Source of the DNA: Daphnia carinata
Lineage: Eukaryota
Direction of reading: 5' to 3'
NCBI RefSeq assembly: GCF_022539665.2
Contig: NC_081333.1
Span: 2,294,001 to 2,358,000, forward strand
Length of the DNA stretch: 64,000 bases
Shown here: positions 47,519 through 60,364 of the stretch, piece after piece
Layout of the letters: every line of letters starts with the position of its first letter
How positions within the stretch are numbered: the first letter of the stretch is position 1
Notes under the pieces: model-generated
What the model was told of the DNA's origin: nothing
Databases searched by the model: none
Seen by the model: the letters and a program-made list of their open reading frames with translations, nothing else
Translations under genes and position numbers: made by a program

Positions 47519-50500
47519 GTCGGATTTATTTGGCCCTGCACACACACAGCGTCCAAAAGGATATATGGGGGGGGGGGGGGGGGGAGGAAGGGCTTTTCAT
47601 TGTCAGCCCATGAAATACACGGGGATTTATTTGTCTATTATTCCGACGTCTCTCTAATGAATCGACTGTCTCGCTCGCTATTTGCTGGCGTACAGATGAA
47701 ACCTTTCCAACTGCAGTTTTTTCTGCCGACCCCCCCCCCCCCCCCCCAAATCATTTGTCCCGAAACCGTTGGCTCTATCACATGAAAAGAACACACAGAC
47801 ACACACGCAAAAATCAGCTATTATTCATCTTCTGGCCCGGCCGTTTAGACGTGTATGAAAACGAAAGGCATCAGTTAACTCCTCACGCTATTTAATCAAG
47901 TCCAACGCATCGTTTCTTCAATTTCAATTTAAAAAAAAAAAAAAAAAAGAAAAGAAAAAGAAAAGTTTAATTGGGCCGCGGTTGATGCGCCACCATCAAA
48001 AGTTATTTGTTCTCATCTCCTCTCTGGCGCTTGTAAATAGTTGAAGCAAAAGAGGTCTCGACTTTAAAACGTGCGTAACAAAAGCCTCGATCGTCGTTTC
48101 GAGTGGGTGGCGGGCTAGAGTCAAGTTGCCCGTCTATTATATACGCGCACACACACACACACGCGTGTTCACAGCGCTTGCAAGTCCCTTAAAAAAAAAA
48201 AAAAAAGAAAAGAAAAGCTGTTCCTTTCTCTACGGTTGCTCATGTATTTATAATTTGATGCCTTTCAGTCTGCAAGAGCATGGAAAACTCGTAACACGAG
48301 CCTAAATATATCGCAATCGACTTCTTAAGACAAGTGGTTCCCCATGTTGAGTGGTAGTTGTGTGGCACAAACAAAAAAACAAAACAAAACAAAACAAAAA
48401 AAAGAAACGACCCCAATTCGAATGTAATGGTGCAAGGTAATAAAAATTTTTGGCCGACATCATTCGGAGGGAAGGTGAAAAGAAAAAGAGGCAAGTTTTG
48501 AATCGAATCCAGTAAAGGGGAAACGACCTAGTCAATCACGCGATCATGCAGATAAAATGCACCGCAGTTGTCTGATCGATTCACTTCGATCTTGACATTT
48601 TTTTTTTTTCTCTCTTTCTTTTATGCATTTCATTTTTGTTCTTTTGCCAGCAAGAGAATTGATTGAAAAAAAAAACAAATTATAAGACTCTCCCTCATCT
48701 TCCCCTTCAAAAAAAAAAGAAAAAGAAAAAAAAGTGGCAAGAAATATAGCGGAAAAAGTAAATGGGGTTTTGTAACGGCGTTGATTCGATTCGAAGCGAA
48801 ATGGAATTGACGCCACCTTTTGACATTTTGTCCTGGGCCATAGTTTCTTGGCTTGCGACTATGAAAGAAGAAAAGAAATAAATAAAAAAAAAAAAAAAAA
48901 AGGGTTTTTTTTGCGCAATAAAAGTAGACGAAAAAAAAGAGAGGGACAAAGAGCCAAAAAAAGAAGAGGGATATCGTTGCAATATTATATGGGTTATCGT
49001 TCTACGCGAGTTGCCAGCACTGAGTAGACCCATTTCTCTCGGAAACGAGGCGATGGCTGGACAACACACAACGCGACAAAAGAAAAAGACGGGAAATTGA
49101 TAGCCGATGACTGTCTGCCGAAAAGAGGAGGGAAGAAAAATGTAATTCAAAATCAGTCTGTTCGCTTGAGATTTCATTTTATTTTTTTTTTTTCGACACA
49201 AAGTTGCGCTTACGGGCCGAAAAAATGCAAGTCAAAAACGAATGGCGTCGTGCGAAATCGAACGGCCGTTAGCATCCCCTTGCATAATTTTAATATTGCC
49301 ACCCAATGCCTTTGATGGTCCTCTCAAATGTGATCGACGCCTTTAAAGACATAGAGGAAATAAATCGACCTACAACCCATTGGAGCGCTAAACGAGGTTT
49401 GGCAAGTGACGAAAGGTAAGTGGTAGTACATAAGGGCACGCACACAACAAGAAAAAGGGGCTGAAAAAAAACAAAAACAAAAACAAAACCCAATCGACTG
49501 AGACCGAAACTCTCTAGCTAACGTTAGGCAGAAGAAATAAGTTTACAAGACTTTGGTCTACCATCGATTGTAAGACGTGTCACCCCACTCCCGTCGCAAA
49601 CTTTTCTTTTTATTTTTTACTACACCGAGACGCCATTGTTTTCTATGGCTGCAACTGAAACAAAGAGCCATTGATAGCGACCCACTTTTGTGTGTGTGTG
49701 TGTGTGTGCGCGTGTGTTCAAACGACTTTTTCCTTCTGTCTGCCATCGCTCTTAGTTAAAGAGTTACACACCGTCTTACGTTTAACTGCTGCGTTAAAAC
49801 CAGAAGAGGGGAAGCGGAATGATTAAAGCCGGTGACTTGTGCCAAAACACGTCACATGGGAAAGGAGCAAAAAAAAAAAAAAAAATTGGAAATTAAAAAT
49901 CAATATTGGTGTTTTCCCTGACGAAAGGAATGAGAGGGAAGTAATCAACACGCCTTACTATGCCGGCACATCCCTTTCCTTTTTCTTTTTTAAGTGTATA
50001 GCCTACGGTCCGCTTTTCCGTGTTTCGCTCTTCTTCATTAGAACGAAGAAAGGCAAACATCATCCGAATGGGCGCAACGATCCCAAAGAATGTTCTCATC
50101 GCTTTCGAATTTTTGACGAGTTATAACGTTAGCCAGTCAGACTAATCATCAACAGCGAACCTCCTCTCTCTATCGTAATAACAAAGCACGGGGACAGTTT
50201 CAATGTAATGGAAAACAAACAACGGGGGGGGGGGGGGGGGAATGAGCGTCCGCCATCGTTCGTTACTCCAACGAAAACAAACAGACTTGGCGTATCATCA
50301 TTTCGCTACAATTAATAAGAGCCCTAATTAAACTAATTACCAATTCAATTAAACGCGTTCTTTATAAATAAAGATTTTGTTTGTGTTTGTTTTTTTGTTT
50401 TTTTTTAAGGGATAACGATGTCGGTCAGGGATTTAAAAAAAACAAACAAAAAAGAGTAAATTTAATTCGTTAAACTTACCCATATTTTTGGGACCGCCGG

Positions 50501-53500
50501 TAAACTCTTTGGCGTTGTTGGCAATGGTGGGCGGTGGTTTGATGGCTTTCATGCGGGATGGCATGCCGTCGCTGTCGCGCAGATTGCCCGGGCCTCCGCT
50601 AAGTGCACCTCGCGGTCCGCCGCTGCCAGGTGCACCGGGCGCGCCCGGTCTGATGGCCAACTGCGGACCTCGAGGGCCACTGGCATGTTCCACCGGCAAC
50701 ACCCGTCTTCTTTTCTTAGGCAATTTCGCCCTCGCCTACAAAGCAAAAAAAAAAAAGAAAAAAGAAAATGCATTCAATTTAATGAGAATTCAAAGAGGCA
50801 AATGAATTCAATCGACTTATGTCGATATGTCAAACTGCGGATTGAACAGGGAAGTGAAACGCTGATCATTTCCCGCCTAATCAACGTCGAGCTGATGGGA
50901 CTAGCGTGTTCACCGTAATTTGCATGTTGTCAGTTGGCTAGTTTACACAACGCGTATGTGTGTGTGTGTGTGTGTGTGTGCTATAACCACGCACGCTTTA
51001 GATATTTATTGATCTATCGATTACCGCGTGGCACAGTCACAAATGATGGATCGAATAGCGCCAACGTACCTAACCTGCCACCGCCCTTTAATATCTAACC
51101 CAACCCTTTCCATCGACTACCCAACAAAATCACCATCCCCCGCCCTCTCTCTCACTCTGCCTCATAACGAGCATCTGATATACATCTATAGGGGTCTGAA
51201 GAAGAAGAAGAAAAAAAAAAAAAACGTGCGACAAGGCAAACGAGAAGCCAAACCCTTTCTGATAACATTCTTCTTGATAAACAGAGGAAACAACGACGAC
51301 TTTCGTTTTAATACGAAGATCATCGATCTCTCCTTTTCCTCTCTGCCGGGAACGGGGACAAGATTCAAAAAGTCCATTAATGAAAAATGATGTATGCCGG
51401 CGAAATGTCTAACTGTTTTGGGCAGCTGCAAGTAATCGTTTTTTCTTTCCTTTAGAAAAACAGGACCCATCGACCATCAGCGCTACGCAGCAGTCGGCGA
51501 ATACATCAAATCAAAGTCAAAGCTACTTCCTGCCATTTCCTTCCGACTTCAGCTCGTCCCGCTTCCCAAAACAAAACAAAACAAAACAAAACCAAAAAAA
51601 AACCTGCAAAAATTTAAAAAGAAAAATACATATTTCTTTTTAAAAACGCAAACTTGCGCATATAGAAAACGAGGCCGACTGAATCAAGTTCTAACTTTTA
51701 TCCTCCCCCCTTTCTCCGAAATATGTAAGTATGCAAATACACAGGCCCGTCCAGCTTTCGACTTGAACGACACAGAACGATGATATGAACAAACGGCCAA
51801 ACAGGATAAAAAAAAAAGAAAAAAAAAGAAAAACTGAGACGGGTCAATACGTAACTTCCTGTTTTGCTAGAGGAGGTCCCAACATATCGTTCCAGCAACA
51901 CCATTTACATCCACAGGCAGAATGGCTGCTTTTTTTTTTTTTTTATCGGGAGGAAAGGGTAGTAAACAAATAGCTACGCAACTCGCCATCCCTCATCATT
52001 ACACAGGCGTATGCAAGCACGCGTGCAATGCAAAAAAAAGAAGGGGGGGAAATGAAAGGTCCCTTCACATACAGGCCGTTCGTGAGCTGATAACTTAGAA
52101 TAAGAGTTTAACCCACATAGAAACGGCAGTGTGTTGATGGCGCTGTACAAGACGTTAGCGCAAAAACACAACAGAAGTACAACGGCCTACAAAACACTAG
52201 CGCATAGTTGGACTTGCGAAGCACGGATGGCGAATAAATCGATGTGTCAAAACAGAAGAGGCTCTGACTGGGCAGTTTTTCATGATTACATCATTGCTAT
52301 TATAGTTGCTTGCATTCTGAGGGGACTACAAAGAAAAGCCAATCGTCGGCATTAGCGTCCACTACGTTACAATGGAATAGGTATAAGAACGAAAACAGAA
52401 AAGACCAGCACGCAATAGAACAATTGAAAATGATTTGCTAGCTATTTCTAGACAGCTTTGAAAATAGATTTCTTTTTTTTTGTTTGGCACTATTGAATAC
52501 GGTCCTCCGTGAAAATATTCATATGAAGAACGTATGAGGGTGTGGCCGCTCGCGTGTCTAATAAGAGCAATCGTAAATACAGGAGAATGTCAACCCGAAA
52601 AAGAAAAAGTTGGGATCGATTCTACATAGTCACATCTGCGGGCGGGGGGAATGAAAAACAACGCGTTGCGCAACCAATAAAGAACGAAAATTACTGGACG
52701 AACTATGCAAAACAAGAGTTGCAAAAAACAAACAAACAAATAATCATAAAAAATACGCAAAAAAAAAATAAATGGCAATATACTACGAATCAAACAGCTC
52801 GGTCCCGTGCAAGACGAAAGGCGAATGTTTAAAAAAAAAAATAAATAAAAAATAAACAAACGCATATTATGTTCTTTTTTTTTTTCTCTCTCTTTTTTAA
52901 CCATATCGATCCAATTTTCCCGCTCGACGCTTGTAAATGTATTTAAGAAGTGGGCGAGCATCCGGAAGGATCCTAACTGAGCAGCAAAAAAAAAAAAAAA
53001 TCCTTTTCGTTTTCTAGCCAGCGTCCTACTTGTTACCTTAATGAGGACACACCAACCGGTTCGATGAAAATCACTGATCCTTTTTTTTTTCTTTTACTCT
53101 TTCCCGACCAATTAGAAACCTCTCTACCCAGTGGCTTACCCTCCGCCGTAAATGAGCACCGAAAAAAAAAGGGAAATCCCCGAAAAATGTCAATAATAGA
53201 AAGAACAAAACGTGGGGACAATTCTTAACGTCGTAATACTAAAAGATAACATAAAAAAAAAAAAAAATAGGCTCTTTAAGAACATACACAAAGCGTGCGG
53301 CACTAGAACGTTTGGTTGTTGCTCGAAGGGCGCTGAGAATCAATCGATATAGTTAGGGCAAATTTGAGAAGCGAATAAGCGAGCAAACGTCGTACGGCTG
53401 CCTTAGGGTCGTGTGTTTAAGGCACGTTACAAGCCTCGTCTCTTTTAATGGTTTTTCTATTTGAAAAATAAAAGGCTTTCATCGCAACTCGTTCTTCTAC

Positions 53501-56500
53501 TGAAGACGATCGAAGAGAATTGTTTGCTTTTCCAAAAAGGAACACGGGGATAGAGTACACGTTTGTTACAAAGCGATTAGCCATGTGGAAAAAGGAACAT
53601 TTGCCTGCAAGAGAAGCTGGATTTTTTTTCAAACCGGCAATCCATTCTAACGCCCGCATTTTCATCCCCCCCCCCCTCCCCCTCCCCCTTTTTATCAAAT
53701 TAATTACAACGACAACAACAACAAATCCTAATTACGTTTGCCATTCGGAAAAGCCATTGAAACGCATTGCGCAAAACAATGAGCACGAACATCGTTCGAA
53801 TAGAACGTCTCTTATATAAAATAAACTTGAATAAATAAATAAATAAAGAGAGAGAGAGAGAGAGAGAATGAAAAATGAAAAGCTTACCTGCGTGTGGCTG
53901 TAGTACATTGCAAAGTTGGAGACGATGACAGGTACGGGCAAGGCAATGGTTAAGACGCCGGCTAGGGCGCAGAGAGCGCCGACGAACATGCCGACATAAG
54001 TTTTCGGGGCCATGTCTCCGTAGCCGACGGTGGTCATCGTGACCAGGGCCCACCACAATCCGAGCGGGATGCTGTTGAAATCGTTGTGCGGATTGGCCTG
54101 GATGCGCTCGGCGTAGTAGACGAGACTGGCGAAGATGACGATGCCGAGAACGAGGAAGAAAACGAGGAGCGTCAGCTCCTTGGCCGAAGCTCTGAACGTC
54201 TGTATGAGGATTTTCAGGCCGGACGAGTGTCGCGTCAGCTTGAATAACCTCATGATGCGGATGATGGAGAAGAACTCGAGGATGTCGGCGTTCTCCAGGT
54301 GCGAGGCGAACTTCTGGAGGGCCAAATCGATGAAGAAGGAGAGCGTCGCGACGTAGTCGATGATGTTGACCGAGGCGCGGACGAAGAGGAACTTGTTCGG
54401 ACAGGCGATGAAGCGCATCAGGATCTCGATCGTGAACCACGTGTTGCAGACGGCTTCGATGTAGAAGAAGGCCTCGTGGGCGTTCGTCTGCGTCTTGTCT
54501 AGCGTCCACGCCGTCGAGTTGGCCGACGTGTGCACCGTTAAATTACGGATCACCGGCACTCGCATGTCCGGATGCGTTTTCAAGCAGAACGACAGGACCG
54601 AGACGCAGATGAAAAACACCGATATCAAGCCCACAATCTGTGACGAGAATTTGAAAAAAAAAAAAAAAAAAAAATATCAAATCAAATGTTAATTCAATTT
54701 CGAGATGAAAGAATCAATAATTGTAAAACATCGCCTGCAGCTATCAATATTTTGAAATGCGCCGAGTCAGACGAGTAGTATGGCAACTGCCGCTAGGACG
54801 TCATTATCAGTTTATTGCACGAGAACAGCCCATCGTATAACACGGGATCCTAGCAGCTAATACAAAACGACAGCAGCTCACACACACACACACATATTCT
54901 CTGGCTATACGACGCTGTCGTTCCGTGCGTGTTATCGTGAATTTGCAGTTGCTAGAGCCCCAACAACAACCAAAGAACTCGACAACGTCGCTCTCTCCCT
55001 CGCACCCCACACTGTATCGAGCGGTTCTGTATGTGTCGAAAAACAATTTTTTTTTTTTTTTTCAAATTTAAAGATGCTACACCAAAAGCGGGATTGGCTA
55101 GTGCGACTGTGTAGGACGTAAGCAAAGCCCATTTCTCGCATATGGCGAATATAATATATATCCGGTCGACCAGAAGGCAGGGTTATTATATAGCTATATA
55201 TACAGTGTCGCCTGCTACGTTTCAATTCAGCTCCGTATAACCGGGCGTGTGATATTACGAAATAACTTGAGCAGAGCAACGGATGGTGCCCGTCTTCTCG
55301 CTTTTATCTCCTTTATTTCGCCAAACCAATTGATGTTCTGCTTGTAAACATTATTACGTGCGAAATGAAATCAATTTTCTTGACGTGTAAACACGTACCG
55401 CCTTCAGCATGGCAAATGAGGAAGGGATTTTCAACAACAACAAAAATAAAGAAAGAGGCTTTGATTTTCTTTTATTGGAAGAGATACACTTTTCTCGGTT
55501 GTTGGGTAATCACGCATAAATTTGCATATCTAAATGCCCTAGAGCTTTTTTGGCTATGTCCTTCCAAGGGAAATAGAAACATAATATCTATGTGTCTTTC
55601 TTCATCTCTTTCATGGCCATTTCTCACATATTTCCATGTCTGGCTACCAAAACCCCTTCTATACAAAATGAAAGAGGGATTCCAAAAAAAAAAAAAAAAA
55701 AAAAAAAACCTTCGATTATGAACGCGTACCCGTTTCAACCCATTCTCCCCCAGTAGACAAGACTCTTTGGTATTCAAAACGCCTACCTTCCAACAGTTGA
55801 TAATATCCTCCTGCTCTCCCCCCGCCCCCCATCTTTTAACAAGTCCGGCAGCACGAATGCGCAGTGTTCAATAAAAAAGAAAAAAAAAAAAAGAAAAAAA
55901 AAAACAGCTTTGCTTTCAAAGCAGTTTTTGCTATCACTTTTTAGCTGACGCGAGCACTTTTCTGAACACCGGCCGCTCGGGCGTTATCTATATGTGCGTA
56001 TGAATATGTAAATCATGAGGGATGAATCGAAATGCTCCTCTTCGCTCACACGGGCGAATGTAATATTTGCGACTATTCAATAACTTTTACGTCTATAATA
56101 CATGGACGACGACGACGTCGTGTGTGTGTGTGTGAGATGGGCAAGCAAATACTTGAACTGATTTTTTGGCGTTAATAAAAATGTAAAATATTACCTTGGC
56201 CGAGTTGGACGAGTAGGGCTCGTCGAAGAGGGACCAAATCTTGGGTTTGGTCTTGTGCCACCACGACAGGTTGCCAGAGTAATAAGCTTCTTCGTAGCCG
56301 AACTTGCGGGCCAATTCCTCATCGCTCGGCTTGTCCGTGTCGAGATCGAGCCTGTCGAGCACGGCCAGTGTTTCTTGCGTGTCGCGATGCTTTTTAACGA
56401 GGAAATCAAAGAGGAAATTGTTAGTTCGAAAATAGAAGGAAAGCTATTCGAGAAAATAGCCATAGGCCGAGAAGATAATTAGGAAAGGAAATTAAAAGCA

Positions 56501-57935
56501 TGGTAGAAAACCAAAATTTTAAAAGTCGAGAACGAAAGGCAAAAGTGGGAGGGAAAACATAATAATGAGGGCAAAGAGGGTCCTGGCTGAATACATCAAA
56601 AGGATTCCCGATTGGGCTTCTGCTGCTGGCTTACAAATACAAGGCACTCCTACACAAATGCGTCTGCAAAGATTAAAAAAGAAAATTCATCTTTTTTTCT
56701 TTTACGTCCGCTGCGTTTGATTGCATTCGAGAAAAAAAAAAGTTTTCATCTTTCCTTCTTTTTTTTAAAGATGGAAATAGGGCCGATGACAAGGACATTC
56801 ATCACGTTTGTATTAGGGAACGTGTCGCGACAGACACGCTTAAGTCACTGCGATGGCATCGCAACAACTCGCAGAATTGGCAGATGAAACAAAAGACGCA
56901 CTAGTCGAATCCAGTAGAGTTTAAAAAAAAATAGCAAAACGCCTTAAGAAAAAGGTTATGGTGTACAAAGCTGGGCTTCAACAAGTACCCCCCGATTGCC
57001 GACCTTCATTTTTTTTTTTTTTTTACTTGGAAAGAAATTAGCTTCAAAGAGAGAAAGAAGTTTAACATAACATTCAGACAAGGTCAGTTTTCACTGGAAA
57101 GTCTACACTAATTAATTAAAAGGGCATTTGAAAAGCGTGGAAATGTTTTTTTTTTTTTTTTTTTTTTTTAACATAAAAGATGGGAGCGCATACAGAGAAG
57201 AGCCCTACCCTTTATAAAAAATAAAAAAAAAAAAAGAAGAAGAAGAAGAGCAATGAAATAGTAGGCGGAGAATGAAAAACAAAGAAAGGACGCCATTGTT
57301 GTTTTTGTTTCTCTTTTGTGTTCAATTACAAATGCAATCACCACCAGAAGCCAGAGTGCAACCAAAACCGGTTGCAAGTGTATACACACGCAGACAGACG
57401 TCTGGAATCGAATCTAAATAGTTACGAAACTCCTGGATTTCCCTCTCTCACAGCTCGTCTTAGCCATCGACTACATCCAGCCGGAGTATACATATAATTT
57501 ATACATTTAATCAAAGCTACATACGCTCCCTAATGCAAGCACATCTGACTTCGCCAGCTTTCTTGCTAGTTCTCTTTATCCGTGTTCCATCTGTGGCGCT
57601 AATTTCCACGATTGCGAGTGAGAAATCAAAGTGCTCAGACCAGCACAGAAATTCAAGAACAAAACATCATGCGGTAAGAGGTAAGAGTAGGAAAGGGGGA
57701 AGGATGTGAATGAGATATGAGCATTCATCATATCTTCCAAGTAGATCCGCAAACTTCCCACGCAACGCGACGTGCTAAATGAATTCTTTCCGCCAAACGC
57801 ATTATTACTCACTTCTAATCTTTCTTTTTTTTTTCCTGCTCCCTTTACGTTCCCACCAGCCAACGGCTTCTCAAGAATCAAGCGCGTCTCGCGACGTAGT
57901 CTGAATAGCAAGTGGCAATGTCGATTTACCTCCCC

Positions 57936-57974
<39 letters not shown>

Positions 57975-60364
57975 TTCACAAATAAGAAAGCGTAGAGCCA
58001 ATCGACGATATCTAATGGATCCTCTGTGTTGAGATTCCTTGTTAACGTAATCTTGATCAATCCATCGTGACGCAACGTTTTTCCTTTCGCTTAATCGATA
58101 GACGGAGATTGTCGATTTGCTGATGTCAATTTAGAAGCAAGAATCCGGTGCAAAAGGACATAGTTTTTACATACCGAAGTGTAGGTCATCCAGCAGCAGG
58201 GTTCGACTTGATTGGAATCCAATCCCCAGAATTCCAGCTCCTCTTCAAAGAGCGGTCCGCAAACGTCGGTCGGATAGTGCAGTTTCCCCGTTCTGCAACA
58301 ACAAAAAATCATGGATGTAGTGACGTTTTCTTCCTTTGTTTTTCGTTAGCTTCATTTGTTATACAAACTAGACCCAATTGTGCAAGCATATCAACTGTTT
58401 GAAACAAACAACAACAACAACAAAAAAAAGTAAGTTGTTTCACTGGCAGGCAAAAGTTTTGCAGTCGTTTGTTTTCCCCCCTCTTCCCCAAAAAGATCAA
58501 AAGATTGTTCAAGTACATCGCCTCAAAAAGAACACGTTCTGCTCGTTTGCGTTCTTCCTTGAACAGGGCACACGCACAATAGGGACGTATCATTCACAAC
58601 AGCGAATCGAGACGATAGAAAAAAAAAAAAGGGAAAAGAATAAAATCTATGCAAAACAAACAAAATGGCTCTTCAAGAGCGGGTCGTAGACACTCGAAAG
58701 TCGTTTTGTTTTCGTGATCACATTTCCCCGACGCCTACACAATAAACAAACTGGCCCTCAACTCCCTCCCCCCACCCCCCCTCCTCACGTCCTTTGGCTA
58801 CGAGCCTACACGCAGACGATGCGTGTAGACAATGCACATCGGCGCGATACAGTCAACGACAACAACAACAAGAAAAGAATAGCAATAAAAAAAAAAAAAA
58901 AAAAAAACATTTGAAATTCGTTATCGTGATTTTTCCTTTGTTCCCTTTCGTTAACATTCTTTGGCCTCTTATTTTGCTGGGCTGCTTTCCTTTATACGTA
59001 CAAGTCGTAAAGGGTAGAAAGAGACGATGGAATAAAATAAGAAGGACTTTAGGGATGTCGATGACCACTGCGTTGAGCAATTTCATTTTCTTCTTGTTCC
59101 CTCTTGGTAATATTATTCGCGACGACCAACTTTCCACGGGATACTGTCATCGCAGCGTAGAGAAGACTCCTCGTCCATTCGACTTGATGGCTAATCAATA
59201 TCGGTATATAAATACCCCACACACTTGCACACACACAGACATCCACATAGAGAAGAAGAAGAAGAGTCCGGTGGGGAATTTCCAGTGGCGGTCCGCTTCC
59301 GTTTTGCTCTCCATCCCAAGCGGCCACAGTCATCAGCTTCTTGTTATTTCGACGTTGGGTTAGCCCTTTTTATACGTACACGGCCATTAAGCTGATTCCA
59401 AAACATAGAGCTCTCGTTCTACGGTTGCCTTCTCTTTCGTTGGCATATACATCACAAGCATCTCCGCATCGCATAAAATTCACATGATGTACTTACCGGT
59501 GTATCATTTTATAGGCATCCATCCTCCTCTTTCCATGGCTAGTTTATTCTATACGTCGTCACTCGTATAACGCACGCAGGAATAAAGAGCGAGACATAAT
59601 ACGGAAAACATAATACACGATGATGGATAAGGGAGTCCAGGTGCCCCGCTCGTTCTGGGTTTTTTTATTTTTCATTTCGAGCAAGAGACCCATCGTCTCT
59701 ACCCTTAATTAGTTCAGCTCCATAGATTATTACGTCTCTTGGCTATAGTTTGCGCCAAATAGAAGTTGATGGTCTTCTTCAGTTGGCGATGACGTAACAC
59801 GACCGCACGATTATTTATGTCTTCAAATGTCTACCCTCTTTCAATTAGTTCTTCTACGTTTAGAAAAAAAAAAAAAAAATGCATTTGAGCCTGATCCCCG
59901 CCATTTTTAGCCAAGATATTGCATTACCCTCGTCGTTGACGTAATCCTAATGGAGATCGACTGACACGCCCCTTGCCAATCGTTTGAAAAATTGCTTTAA
60001 AAAAAATACGTACAGATAGCCAACGTCTCTTTACAAGACAATGATGAATGAACATAGGAGTATAAGGCGGAGTCGCAATCATAAATAATCGGATGAAAAC
60101 TGACCTGTAATAGTTGAGGACTTGGGCGAAGACGCCGGGATGTCGGTCGAAAAAGTACTCGTTGAGAATGGGGTCGTAGTTGGCCAGGGCTTCTGTGAGC
60201 CTGGAGAGGCGAGTGGCGGGTATCTTTTTCAGCGTAGCCTTGTACGTTTCGTGGCGGATGCCACCGCAATTGAGCACCACCCGATTTTCCGCGTCCATCG
60301 TGCTGAAAACGGAGAGCGGCGACGTCACCACCTGCAGATCACTCGGCCGACTCTTGAGGGGCAT
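42476..60364 (-). CDS. Shaw: Shaw (Kv3-family) voltage-gated potassium channel
   Basis: Minus-strand exons 60364 (or ATG at 60298)-60105 (T1: [34 protein letters not shown]), 58292-58175, 56389-56195, 54637-53888 (S1-S6, [28 protein letters not shown]), 50735-50480 ([13 protein letters not shown]), a probable 51 nt exon 44565-44515, and a terminal exon 42771-42476 (...LSPVRVEL*). Splice phases are consistent. The last two exons are less certain. Confidence 0.95.

Noticed and set aside
53700..54509. 269 aa alternative-frame ORF and antisense ORFs over Shaw exon 4
   Set aside because: These are shadow ORFs expected from GC3-rich codon usage in the real exon.
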